Source of the DNA: Minisyncoccota bacterium
GTDB lineage: Bacteria; Patescibacteriota; Minisyncoccia; Phycocordibacterales; DSPV01
NCBI GenBank assembly: GCA_041662545.1
Contig: JBAZSH010000003.1
Location: forward strand, 1,250 to 65,249
Length of the DNA: 64,000 nt
Direction of reading: 5' to 3'
Shown here: positions 29,474-39,116 of the stretch, in pieces
Layout of the letters: each line of letters begins with the position of its first letter
Numbering within the stretch: the stretch's first letter is position 1
Translations under genes and position numbers: made by a program
Notes under the pieces: model-generated
Told to the model about the DNA's origin: nothing
Seen by the model: only the letters and a program-made list of their open reading frames with translations
Database searches by the model: none

Positions 29474-30839
29474 ACCGAATTTTTCATTTTCAAAAAAGTT
29501 TCTAAGCGGCGAAGCCCACTTCGGTTTTTGGGCTGTTATTTCTAAACTGATTGGTTTGATCACTACTTTTTTTCTTATCTCGGCGCTTTCAGTGTATCAA
29601 TACGGGGTGTTTCAGCTCCTACTTTCTATTTTCAGCATTCTATCAAGTGTTGTGGCGATAGGAGCTGGAGTGGTTTCAAATGATATCAATCGTTTCATTG
29701 GACTTGGCAAAGAAGCCGAGGCGAAAAAACTTTTCTTTCAATATAATGGCGTGCGATTGGCTGTCGGCTTAATTCTTTCCGCCGGTTTATTTTTTGGTCC
29801 GGCGTTTTTGGGCGATACTTATAAGCCAGATTTTATTTTATTGCTTAAGCTGGTTTCCATTATCGTCTTTTTGGAAACAATTTACACTTTACCTAAATCG
29901 CTTTTGGGTATGAGGTTAATGTTTAATTATTCTGCTAGCCGCTCCAGTATGTATAAGTTTTTTCAAGCTGGTTTTTTGGCGTATTTCTTTTTCTTTTCCT
30001 CCTTAACTGTTAAAGAGGCATTACTATCGCTTATTGTTGGGTCGGTTAGCTCGCTAATTTTTTTGATTTCCCCAACACTTAAAGCTTATAGACCATGGCA
30101 GGGAGTGATTATGGCCAAAGAAAATATTCTGGTCAAAATCTTCAGGGCCCATGGCAAATGGGATGTGGTCAATCAGTTCGTTTCTAAGTTCGTTTCTAAT
30201 GCCCAGATTTGGCTCATCAAGATATTTATAAGCACCGAAGCGGTGGCAATTTATTCAGTGGCGCAAACGATGATTGGAACGATAGTGGGTTTTTTCCCAA
30301 CAAAAACATTGGGGACTTTAATACCTCAAGCGATAGGAGATAAAGCTAAGCTTCAGCGGATTTTTGAATACGGCAATAAATATTTGGTAATACTCTCAAT
30401 AATTATGGGTGTTGGCGCGGCTATTACTGGGCCAATTGCCATTCACTTAATTTTTCCTAAATATATACCATCACTCCCGTATTTCTTGGTGTTGTTATTT
30501 GGTTTACCAATTACCGCGATCGGTTCCGTTATTACGGTTTTTATAATTGCAATGCGTCGCCAAAAATATCTGGTGTATCAAAAGGTACTAAAGGCGATTA
30601 CCGCCCTGCCCATGATTCTTTTAATGATTTTTTTCGGTCTATGGGGATTGGTTGCTTATCAACTGGTGTTTTCTTTTCTTCTCTGCCTTTCTATTTATCG
30701 TTTTGTCCGTCCAATACCACCCGGTTTTCGTTTGGAATGGCACAACTTTTTCCGGTTTGGCGCTGAGGATAAGGTTTTTATCAAGAGATTTTGGGTTCAG
30801 GTTTTGTCATTTATAAAGAGTAAGATGCCCTTAACATAA
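29466..30839 (+). CDS. Polysaccharide/oligosaccharide flippase (Wzx-like, MOP superfamily)
   Basis: About 12-14 TM helices, polysaccharide-biosynthesis-protein-like organisation; glycan island context. Confidence 0.45.
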   Translation: MLKPNFSFSKKFLSGEAHFGFWAVISKLIGLITTFFLISALSVYQYGVFQLLLSIFSILSSVVAIGAGVVSNDINRFIGLGKEAEAKKLFFQYNGVRLAVGLILSAGLFFGPAFLGDTYKPDFILLLKLVSIIVFLETIYTLPKSLLGMRLMFNYSASRSSMYKFFQAGFLAYFFFFSSLTVKEALLSLIVGSVSSLIFLISPTLKAYRPWQGVIMAKENILVKIFRAHGKWDVVNQFVSKFVSNAQIWLIKIFISTEAVAIYSVAQTMIGTIVGFFPTKTLGTLIPQAIGDKAKLQRIFEYGNKYLVILSIIMGVGAAITGPIAIHLIFPKYIPSLPYFLVLLFGLPITAIGSVITVFIIAMRRQKYLVYQKVLKAITALPMILLMIFFGLWGLVAYQLVFSFLLCLSIYRFVRPIPPGFRLEWHNFFRFGAEDKVFIKRFWVQVLSFIKSKMPLT

Positions 30840-30841
30840 AA

Positions 30842-31663
30842 ATGAATCGTTTTTATCCCATTAAAATATATTTCAATATCGTTAAGATGTTTTTGGTTCG
30901 GACATTTCTCCGACGGGGTATTACTAATCGTGACCAGCCCCTCGTCATTAATGATTATAGAAAATCTTGGGGTGAAGGTTACCGGAGCGTGATTTGGGGC
31001 AGGAAACTTAGGGTATTAAGGGTTAATGGGCGTTTAACAATTGGTAGGGCCATTGATTCTAGAAAATTTTTTATTGCCCATATCAATAAATTTATTCGTT
31101 CTGTTGGTCCTAAACAAGTGTTAGAACTTGGCAGTGGCATTGGTATAAATATTTTAGCGTTGGCAGTTTTGAACCCAAACATCAAAAGTTTTAAAGGCAT
31201 TGAACTTACTGCGGAAGGAGTAGAGCAAGCTCGTTCAGCGCTCAAAGATATACCCGTCAAAGAACTTATGTATTTGACGGAAGAAGATGAAGCTACGATC
31301 CGGCAAAGACTCGCCAATCGAGACATAGAGTTTATTCAGGGGGATATTCTTCATTTACCGTGGCACGACAAAAGTTTTGATTTTGTTTTTTCCTGTTGGG
31401 TGATTGAGCAATTACCCCGTCAATATCGAGAAGCTTTTTTGGAGGCCAAAAGGGTTTTAAAAGGGCACGCGTTGTTCATCGAAGAATTTAAAGAAGCGCA
31501 GGAAAATATTTTCCAACTGCTTCATTTGAATAATGTTGATTATTTTCATGCCAGTTTTGCCGAGGTTGGGAAACTTGGTTTTAAAATTCTCGGATTTGAG
31601 CCGATGGCGATGTCAAAAATAAAATTTACCTACGGTTCGCTTTTTTGCTCAGCTAACCTTTAG
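30842..31663 (+). CDS. Class I SAM-dependent methyltransferase
   Basis: VLELGSGIGINILAL motif I, DILHLPWHDKSFDFVFSCWVIEQL motif II/III. Confidence 0.55.
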   Translation: MNRFYPIKIYFNIVKMFLVRTFLRRGITNRDQPLVINDYRKSWGEGYRSVIWGRKLRVLRVNGRLTIGRAIDSRKFFIAHINKFIRSVGPKQVLELGSGIGINILALAVLNPNIKSFKGIELTAEGVEQARSALKDIPVKELMYLTEEDEATIRQRLANRDIEFIQGDILHLPWHDKSFDFVFSCWVIEQLPRQYREAFLEAKRVLKGHALFIEEFKEAQENIFQLLHLNNVDYFHASFAEVGKLGFKILGFEPMAMSKIKFTYGSLFCSANL

Positions 31664-31672
31664 AGCCATCTA

Positions 31673-32371
31673 TTATTTTTTTCGCAGTAGGTAAAAAACC
31701 CAATTGCCGAACCACTGATTCTCCGGCAAAAATTTAATATGTTTCAAGAGCGGTAAGTTAATTTGGCTAAAAAAATATTTTTCTTCAACCAAATCAAAAT
31801 ATTTTAGGAAGGTTTTCTCAAAAATCCCGCGTGGGAAAACGGCAATGTGGTTATTGGTTTTGTTCCAGCGTGGGAATAACCCGCGCTTAAGGAAAATTAG
31901 TCGGGAAACAATGTGAAAAATATTGGGCACCGACATAAAAAGCAGTCCGTCTTTTTTAAGAACACGATAAATTTCCCGCATTGCGCGATGTGGGTTTTCT
32001 AGATGTTCAAAAATTTCCCAAGCAGTGACAACATCAAATCGTTCATTTGACCAAGGGAATGGTTCATTTGACGCGTCAAATGTTTTGAATTCCTCGGTCA
32101 TTTTTTTTACATCGGGTCGTCGGTAATCGTCAATATCGGCAGCGCAGACATGAATAAAACCGTTATCGTGGATTTGCTTAATAAACATTCCGCCACCGGC
32201 GCCGAAATCCAGAATCTCAGCTGATTTATTTGGCACTTGATGGATAAATTCTGCCAACGATGATTTTCCCAAATAAACCAAAGCCTTTTCTTTTGAGACA
32301 TTGTCGCCCTTGAATTTTTCGGTGATTGTTTTTTGTTCGGCCTTTATTTCTTCAGCGGTAGAATATTTCAT
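31673..32371 (-). CDS. Class I SAM-dependent methyltransferase
   Basis: ILDFGAGGGMFIKQIHDNGF motif I; paralog of 27376 and 33099 genes. Confidence 0.6.
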   Translation of the reverse strand: MKYSTAEEIKAEQKTITEKFKGDNVSKEKALVYLGKSSLAEFIHQVPNKSAEILDFGAGGGMFIKQIHDNGFIHVCAADIDDYRRPDVKKMTEEFKTFDASNEPFPWSNERFDVVTAWEIFEHLENPHRAMREIYRVLKKDGLLFMSVPNIFHIVSRLIFLKRGLFPRWNKTNNHIAVFPRGIFEKTFLKYFDLVEEKYFFSQINLPLLKHIKFLPENQWFGNWVFYLLRKK

Positions 32372-32431
32372 TGGTAGATTATATCACATTACCTTTTCTT
32401 TTCCAGATTGTCGCGTTATAATTAATTTTCA

Positions 32432-33097
32432 ATGTTTAGAAAAATTATTTCAAAAATTTCCAGCAGGTTGGTTCAACACCCCTCTCTAAGGGATGAAATT
32501 TTGGACAGAACAATGCGGCTGATTTCCCGCTTTGGCTTGGAAGGCGGCGATTATCTTGAATTTGGAGTGGATCAAGGCAAATCTTTTGCGTCAGCTTACA
32601 GTATCGCCCAAAGACACAATCTGACGGCTATGCGTTTCTATGCCTTCGATTCTTTCAAAGGTCTACCACCAATCGAGGGTGTTGATCAGGAGGTGGGGCA
32701 GTTCAAAGAAGGTGAATATTCCTGCAGTGAGCCACAATTTCTTGGAAATATAAAAAATAAAGGAGTGGACTTAAGTAAAGTTATTACCGTACCCGGTTGG
32801 TATCACGAATCTTTAAATAAAGCGACCAAGAAAAAACTGAAAATCAAATCGGCGGCGGTGATTTGGATTGATTGCGACCTTTATGAGTCAACTGTTCCGG
32901 TTTTGGATTTTATTACTGATTATGTAGTTGATGGAACCATTATTATTTTTGACGATTGGTTTTGTTTCCGTGGCAGTCCTAAAAGAGGGGAACAAAGGGC
33001 TTTTCGGGAATGGTTAAGCAGGAATCCTGTTATTACTGCTTCCGAATATTACAAACACGGCTTTTACGGTAACTCTTTTATTTTGCACCGAGATTGA
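32432..33097 (+). CDS. TylF/MycF-family (macrocin-type) sugar O-methyltransferase
   Basis: AVIWIDCDLYESTVPVLDFITDYVVDGTIIIFDDW matches the DxDLYES block of TylF-type O-methyltransferases. Confidence 0.55.
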   Translation: MFRKIISKISSRLVQHPSLRDEILDRTMRLISRFGLEGGDYLEFGVDQGKSFASAYSIAQRHNLTAMRFYAFDSFKGLPPIEGVDQEVGQFKEGEYSCSEPQFLGNIKNKGVDLSKVITVPGWYHESLNKATKKKLKIKSAAVIWIDCDLYESTVPVLDFITDYVVDGTIIIFDDWFCFRGSPKRGEQRAFREWLSRNPVITASEYYKHGFYGNSFILHRD

Positions 33098-33098
33098 T

Positions 33099-33860
33099 TT
33101 ATTTTTTTTTGAGAATATAGAAAATATCGTTGCCAAACCATGACTGGAAGCGTTTTTGTCCAAACCATTTTTTTTCTGTACCTAAAAGTTTGAAGAAGCC
33201 TAGTCGGCTGTGGCGCAATTTTTTCCGTTCTATGTAATATTCTGTTCCCAAAATTTCAAAATGATTGGCTACCATTTTTTTGACTATCGCTTCTGGGAAT
33301 GCGACGAGATGATTGTTTTGTTCTCCGTACCTTTCAACTTCACCAGTTTTAAGGAATCTTTTTCGTGCCATAAGCGAGCTGATATGCGGAGCGGAAAAGA
33401 AAAACAAGCCATTAGAAGTCAGAGCTCGCCTCACTTCACGGAAGAAATGAAAAGGATTTTCCAAATGCGGCAGGACGCACCAAGCCGTAATAATATCAAA
33501 AGAATCATCAGGCCACGGCAAAGGTTCGGTGGATAAATCCCCGGTTTTGAAATTTTCTATTGAATTTTCCTGCTTGCTTTCCGGACTTCGGTAATCGTCA
33601 AAATCAACAGCGGAAATGTTTTCGAACCCTAAATTTTTTAGCTCTAAAGTAAATTGCCCACTTGCTGTGCCACAGTCAAGAATTCTTAGATTTTCTTTTT
33701 TATTAGGCCAGTAATCTTTGTATTTCTCCAAAATTTCAAGACCTTTTATTGAACCTTGTCCAATATGCTCGGTCAGGGCACTATGAGCTTCCGCCCTAGC
33801 AGAAGTTTTTAATTCCTGCGGAGTAAAATATTTTAACCTCTTTGGCGACGCTTTTCTCAT
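33099..33860 (-). CDS. Class I SAM-dependent methyltransferase
   Basis: ILDCGTASGQFTLELKNLGF motif I; paralog of 27376 and 31673 genes. Confidence 0.6.
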   Translation of the reverse strand: MRKASPKRLKYFTPQELKTSARAEAHSALTEHIGQGSIKGLEILEKYKDYWPNKKENLRILDCGTASGQFTLELKNLGFENISAVDFDDYRSPESKQENSIENFKTGDLSTEPLPWPDDSFDIITAWCVLPHLENPFHFFREVRRALTSNGLFFFSAPHISSLMARKRFLKTGEVERYGEQNNHLVAFPEAIVKKMVANHFEILGTEYYIERKKLRHSRLGFFKLLGTEKKWFGQKRFQSWFGNDIFYILKKK

Positions 33861-33867
33861 TTATTTA

Positions 33868-35220
33868 TTATTTCAACTTTTCTAAAAGCTCTTGCGCCAC
33901 CCGTTCACTTGCTTTAGCATCCGATTTACCACCGCATTGTTCTTTTACGATTCGAGTCCGGCCTTCTTTATCAAGAGATGGGTCGGTCAGATAGCGATTT
34001 ATCCAATTTGTAAAATCGTCAACCTCGTCGACTTTACGGACACCACCGCTTCTTAGAATGTAACCTAAATGGTCGTAGCCGTATGAATAGACACCCAATA
34101 ATCCGTCTTTTGGTTTTCGGTGTAAGTTCACCATAATGATTGGTTTATCAAAAAGAGCGGCTTCGATGGCGATGGTTGAAGGTCCGGTAATGATTAAGTT
34201 GCTCCAGTAGAGTCCATTTATAAGCATGTCGTCATCTTCTCTGGTTACATCACGGTTGCCAGTTATCTTTTTGTCATATGCCATTCCCGGTCGGTCCAAA
34301 AACATTAGGGGTGGTGGGGAAAAGTTATCAAGACAACTTACTCTATCATTTGGCGGAAACCTGACAAAAATATTTTCGTCTCTCTTCGCTAGCATTTCAA
34401 TTACCAGTTGATCAGTGTCATTTTCATGTTGATACATATCGCCGATGGGTGCGTAAAAAATTAATTTTTTATCTGGGTTGGCGCCAATTTTTTTGAAAAA
34501 TTCATTGCGGGGTATTTTTTTTGATTTGATATAACGGTCATAGTGAGGAATGCCGACTATGAAGATTTTGTTTTCGGGCACTCCGCTGTAGCGGATAGCT
34601 TCATTCTTTAAGACACTGTTCCAAACCAAGAGCCGGTCAGGTATGACTTGAAGGATGCTATGAATGGTCAGATTGTCCCAGGAACGGATCATGCCAACAA
34701 CAGGAATCTTTCTCTCCTTGGCTTCTCGGACAAAGCAGATATCGTTTTCGTTTTGAACATCGGTGGCAAAAATCAAGGCGGGTTGATATTTGTTAAACAC
34801 CTCGTTAAAAAAGTAGTGAGGGGTGAGATGATAGTCAAGCCAGCGGAAAAAAGGCAGGGCAAATTTCAACCTCCCAATGTTTTGAGTGATATAGACAAAT
34901 AATACAGTGCGCCAGTTTTTTCTCATAGACCAGATCTGGTAGCGTTCACGAATTATAATACTTTCAGTTCGGAGCATAAGCCGAAACAATCTTTTGAAAA
35001 ACAGACCGAAGAATGTCTTACTCGGTTTTCCAGTGGTGACTCCTTCAATGATGACCCCTGGTTTACCAAAAGTTTTTTCGTAGTAATCTTTTTTGAAATC
35101 GGGCATAGCGATAACCACCTGGATTTTGTTGGCGACGAGAATATCCAGAATTTCTGTGGAAAGAATATTTCGAGAGATGATTGGTTGGAAGCTAGTTATG
35201 ATAATTGTTTTTTTCATCAT
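33868..35220 (-). CDS. TagF/CDP-glycerol glycerophosphotransferase-like GT-B protein (paralog 2 of 4)
   Basis: ALIFATDVQNENDICFVREAKERKIPVVGMIRSWDNLT, KKLIFYAPIGD, GPSTIAIEAALFDKPIIMV blocks shared with paralogs. Confidence 0.4.
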   Translation of the reverse strand: MMKKTIIITSFQPIISRNILSTEILDILVANKIQVVIAMPDFKKDYYEKTFGKPGVIIEGVTTGKPSKTFFGLFFKRLFRLMLRTESIIIRERYQIWSMRKNWRTVLFVYITQNIGRLKFALPFFRWLDYHLTPHYFFNEVFNKYQPALIFATDVQNENDICFVREAKERKIPVVGMIRSWDNLTIHSILQVIPDRLLVWNSVLKNEAIRYSGVPENKIFIVGIPHYDRYIKSKKIPRNEFFKKIGANPDKKLIFYAPIGDMYQHENDTDQLVIEMLAKRDENIFVRFPPNDRVSCLDNFSPPPLMFLDRPGMAYDKKITGNRDVTREDDDMLINGLYWSNLIITGPSTIAIEAALFDKPIIMVNLHRKPKDGLLGVYSYGYDHLGYILRSGGVRKVDEVDDFTNWINRYLTDPSLDKEGRTRIVKEQCGGKSDAKASERVAQELLEKLK

Positions 35221-35277
35221 TTTGAAATGATTCTAATCTAAATTTCCCGATTTGCCCAGAGTGGAGTGTTTGGCTAA

Positions 35278-36492
35278 ATGATTGGACTCATGTTATTCTC
35301 AAATTGCTTTTTAAAATCAAAAATTGTGAAGAATAATAAAATTAGGAAAATTTGTGTTTTTTCCGGTAAACGGGGCGGTTTTGGCGCCTATATCCCCTTA
35401 ATGCGACTTATTGAAAAAGACCCGGTGTTTCAGCTCCAAATAATTTTGGGGGACATGCACGGTTCCAACACTTTCGGTGATACAGCAAAAGAAGCCAAAA
35501 GGTTTTTTCCAAAGAGCAAAATTGTCATTATCAAGATGGGTGCCGGCCGTGGCGACTCACCGGTTATTAGAACGGAGAATCTTGGCACTTGCTTACACAA
35601 AGCCGCCGGTTTTTTGAGCAAACTTAATCCTGACATTTTAATGGTTCACGGCGACCGAGGGGAGCATTTAGTTATGGCTTTGGTTGCCCTTAATCTTGGG
35701 ATTCCGGTTTTTCACACTCAAGGCGGCGAAGTGTCCGGTAACATTGATGATGTTCAAAGACATGCCATTACCAAATTGGCCCACCTTCATTTTCCGGAAA
35801 CCGAAACTGCGAAGAAACGAATTGAGGTTTTAGGTGAAGAGTCGTGGCGGATTTGTGTGGCCGGCTCCCTTTATGTTGATAGAATTGTTCGAAGAATGTT
35901 TACCAATCCAGTAGAAGTACGAAAAAAATATGGCTTGAAACCCGAAGAAAAGTATTTTATTATCATTTATCACCCTGATACTTACTTGTCTCAAAAGGAA
36001 AATTATCGGGTAATGAAAAATGTTCTAACAGCAGTGGAGAGTTTTGGTTTGAGGAGCATTGTTATCTACCCCTGTTCTGACCCGGGTTATCAAGGGGTGA
36101 TTGACGCTATAGATGAAGTTAAAGAAAACTCCGATTTTTTAATTTACAAAAATATTGAGAATCTTGATTTTCTAGGATTACTCACCGACGCTGAAGCTTT
36201 AATTGGAAACTCTTCAACAGCTTTGGTGGAGGCGCCTTATTTGAAATTACCGGCTGTCAATGTTGGCAATCGACAGCTTGGTCGAGATCGGGAAGAAAAT
36301 GTTGCAGATGTTGAAACTAGTGTAATAAAAATCAAAAATAGGTTATTATATGTGACAAGCGATAAGCTTTTCAGAGAACAACTTAAAAAATGCGGTTATC
36401 GTTTGGGGAACGGTCGTGCTTCGGAGCAAATTTTAAAAGTTATCAGAGGCGTTTCCTTAGACGAAAAACTCTTGCGAAAAAAGTTAATATAA
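35278..36492 (+). CDS. UDP-N-acetylglucosamine 2-epimerase, NeuC-like (hydrolysing type)
   Basis: MVHGDRGEHLVMALVALNLGIPVFHTQGGEVSGNIDDVQRHAITKLAHLHFPETETAKKRI matches NeuC-type epimerase core. Confidence 0.7.
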   Translation: MIGLMLFSNCFLKSKIVKNNKIRKICVFSGKRGGFGAYIPLMRLIEKDPVFQLQIILGDMHGSNTFGDTAKEAKRFFPKSKIVIIKMGAGRGDSPVIRTENLGTCLHKAAGFLSKLNPDILMVHGDRGEHLVMALVALNLGIPVFHTQGGEVSGNIDDVQRHAITKLAHLHFPETETAKKRIEVLGEESWRICVAGSLYVDRIVRRMFTNPVEVRKKYGLKPEEKYFIIIYHPDTYLSQKENYRVMKNVLTAVESFGLRSIVIYPCSDPGYQGVIDAIDEVKENSDFLIYKNIENLDFLGLLTDAEALIGNSSTALVEAPYLKLPAVNVGNRQLGRDREENVADVETSVIKIKNRLLYVTSDKLFREQLKKCGYRLGNGRASEQILKVIRGVSLDEKLLRKKLI

Positions 36493-36509
36493 TTTAGTAT
36501 ATTTTATTT

Positions 36510-37190
36510 ATGAACCTGAAAGAAAAAGCCGACATCTCTAAGAATATTATTAAACTAGCCACCGAAGCTTACCCGAAAATTTTTGTGGCTTGCTCATTTG
36601 GTAAGGATTCACGAGTCCTTCTTGATTTGGCCATGCAAGTCAGGTCGGATATTACCGTTGCCGCTATTGATACCGGTTATGAATTTGAGGAGACAATTGA
36701 ATTTGGTAATTCTCTTAGCAAAGAATTGGGTTTTAAATTAATTTGGCTTAAACCATCAATCAAGGATGTGAAACGCATTGATAAAGAATATGGCGACAGT
36801 TTTATCAAGAACGACCAATACAAATGTTGCGAAATGAAAATCCCGGCAATTGAGCGATTTGTAACGAAACATCACGCTTGGATTACTGGTTTGCGTCGTG
36901 ACGAGACCGAATATAGGAAAGATACGATGATTGTTGAAACGGGAAAAGTGGCAAAAATTAACCCTCTGGCCTTTTGGAATAACGATGATATTTGGAACTA
37001 TATTCGCGAAAACAAACTTCGCTACCATCCACTTTATGACAAAGGTTATCCTTCTTTGGGTTGCAAGCCCTGTACTACTTCTGGAAAGGTAAGAGATGGT
37101 GGCGGTCGGCAAGGGCAGTTTGAAAGAGCGGGACGATTTGCCGGTACTAAAAATACTGGCGGTGAGTGTGGACTACATCTTAAAATCTAA
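36510..37190 (+). CDS. Phosphoadenosine-phosphosulfate (PAPS/APS) reductase family protein, CysH-like
   Basis: PP-loop CSFGKDS, conserved GCKPCT and C-terminal ECGLH motif characteristic of CysH-type sulfonucleotide reductases. Confidence 0.7.
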   Translation: MNLKEKADISKNIIKLATEAYPKIFVACSFGKDSRVLLDLAMQVRSDITVAAIDTGYEFEETIEFGNSLSKELGFKLIWLKPSIKDVKRIDKEYGDSFIKNDQYKCCEMKIPAIERFVTKHHAWITGLRRDETEYRKDTMIVETGKVAKINPLAFWNNDDIWNYIRENKLRYHPLYDKGYPSLGCKPCTTSGKVRDGGGRQGQFERAGRFAGTKNTGGECGLHLKI

Positions 37191-37192
37191 TT

Positions 37193-38395
37193 ATGAAAAC
37201 GGTGCGGTTAAAAAATAAATTGACGCCCGGGAAGAAGCGAAAAATTCTTATTTTGGGAGGTGACGGCTATTTAGGCTGGCCTACGGCCATGCATTTTTCA
37301 GCTTTGGGTTATGAAGTGGCAATTGCTGATAATCTTTCCAAGCGACTTTGGGAAGCCGAGTATGACGCCCAACCACTTTGGCAAATTCCCTCAATCAGAA
37401 GGCGAGGGCAATTATGGAAGAAAATATCAGGAAAAGATATAAAAATTTACATTGGCGATATTGCCAACAATCATCGTTTTGTTTACGAAATGTTTCGTGA
37501 ATTTCAACCGGATTCAATCATTCATTATGCTGAACAACCGTCAGCGCCTTTTTCTATGCACAGCCGAGAAAAGGCGGTTTTTACGCAGCACAACAATATT
37601 ATCGGCAATCTCAATGTACTTTTTGCTATGCAAAAATATTGTCCCGACGCCCATCTCGTTAAACTTGGTACTATGGGGGAATACGGCACACCGAACATTA
37701 CAATTGAAGAAGGTTGGCTTGAAGTTAAACATGGCGGTAGGAAAGACAGGATGCTTTATCCTAAACGGGCTGGTTCGTTTTATCACTTAACCAAAGTCCA
37801 CGATAGCAACAACATTGAATTTGCCGTTAGGATTTGGAAATTAAGGGCAACGGATCTTAATCAGGGTGTTGTGTATGGTATTGATACACCAGAAACTCTT
37901 CTTGATACGGAGCTTATGACCAGCTTCCATTACGATGAAGTTTTTGGGACGGTTTTGAATCGGTTTATCGCTCAAGCGGTAGTCGGCTTTCCTCTGACTG
38001 TTTATGGTAAAGGGGGACAGAAGCGAGGCTTTTTGAATATTAAAGACACTATTCAGTGTGTTGAATTAGCGATTAAAAATCCAGCCTTACCCGGCGATTT
38101 TAGAGTTTTCAACCAGTTCACCGAGTTGTTTACAGTTAATGATTTGGCGCAAAAAGTTTGCCAGGCAAGCAAGAAGCTTGGTTTGAATGTGAAAATTCAT
38201 GCTATTGATAATCCCCGAATAGAACAGGAGGATCATTTTTATAAAGCAAAAAACTCCGCCCTTTTATCACTAGGTCTTAAACCAAACTTTTTGACGGAAG
38301 CAACACTTATCGTAATGTTGCAGAAGGTCATTGCGATGAAAGATCATATTAACAAAAGTGTCATCAAACCCTCCATAAGATGGAAGATTCGGTAA
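37193..38395 (+). CDS. sqdB: UDP-sulfoquinovose synthase (SQD1/SqdB/Agl3 family)
   Basis: GGDGYLGWPTAMHFS, FQPDSIIHYAEQPSAPFSM, FTQHNNIIGNLNVLFAM, HLVKLGTMGEYGTPNITIEEG, SFYHLTKVHDS, ATDLNQGVVYG: consecutive blocks recognisable as SQD1 signature segments. Confidence 0.7.
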   Translation: MKTVRLKNKLTPGKKRKILILGGDGYLGWPTAMHFSALGYEVAIADNLSKRLWEAEYDAQPLWQIPSIRRRGQLWKKISGKDIKIYIGDIANNHRFVYEMFREFQPDSIIHYAEQPSAPFSMHSREKAVFTQHNNIIGNLNVLFAMQKYCPDAHLVKLGTMGEYGTPNITIEEGWLEVKHGGRKDRMLYPKRAGSFYHLTKVHDSNNIEFAVRIWKLRATDLNQGVVYGIDTPETLLDTELMTSFHYDEVFGTVLNRFIAQAVVGFPLTVYGKGGQKRGFLNIKDTIQCVELAIKNPALPGDFRVFNQFTELFTVNDLAQKVCQASKKLGLNVKIHAIDNPRIEQEDHFYKAKNSALLSLGLKPNFLTEATLIVMLQKVIAMKDHINKSVIKPSIRWKIR

Positions 38396-38402
38396 TAATT
38401 AT

Positions 38403-39116
38403 ATGAACAAGAAAGTTCTCGGTTTTATTCCGGCTCGTGGTGGGTCAAAAAGTATTCCGCGGAAAAATATTTTTCCTTTGGTGGGAAAACCTTTGATTGC
38501 TTACGCAATTGAAGCCCTCAAACACTCCCAGTTTGTCAACAGAATTGTAGTAAGTACTGATGATGAAGAAATTGCCGCCATTGCGAAAAAATTTGGGGCA
38601 GAAGTTCCATTTTTTCGCCCAAAAGAATTAGCTAAAGATACCAGCCGGGTTTTTGCCGCAATTAAATATACAATTAACAGATTAAAAAAAGAAGAGAAAT
38701 ATTATCCTGATTATGTTGTGACAATTCAACCGACCTCGCCCCTGGTTCAAACTAGTCAAATTGATGCCGCTCTCAAGTTGGTCTTTAAAAAGAAAGCCGA
38801 GTCGGTGGTGACAGTAAAAACTTTACCTCACCACTATCACCCTCATAACATCAGGAAAGTTAAAGAAGGAAAAACCAGTTTTTGGATGGAGCGGGAACAT
38901 TACAAATCCATCAACCGCCAACAGCGACCGGTCTTTTATGCTTTCGGTAATTTGTATGTTTCGCGGGTAGATTTAATAGAGCGGGAAGGCCACCTTGAAG
39001 GAAAAAATAATTATCAAATAGTAATTGACCATTTGAGCGCTCTTGATATTGACGATATTGATGATTTTAAAATTGTCGAGGCGTTGATTAAGGCGGGGAT
39101 TGTAAAAACTTCTTGA
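38403..39116 (+). CDS. Acylneuraminate (nonulosonate) cytidylyltransferase, NeuA-like
   Basis: LGFIPARGGSKSIPRKNIFPLVGKPLIAYAIEAL CMP-sugar synthetase N-terminal motif; 237 aa. Confidence 0.7.
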   Translation: MNKKVLGFIPARGGSKSIPRKNIFPLVGKPLIAYAIEALKHSQFVNRIVVSTDDEEIAAIAKKFGAEVPFFRPKELAKDTSRVFAAIKYTINRLKKEEKYYPDYVVTIQPTSPLVQTSQIDAALKLVFKKKAESVVTVKTLPHHYHPHNIRKVKEGKTSFWMEREHYKSINRQQRPVFYAFGNLYVSRVDLIEREGHLEGKNNYQIVIDHLSALDIDDIDDFKIVEALIKAGIVKTS

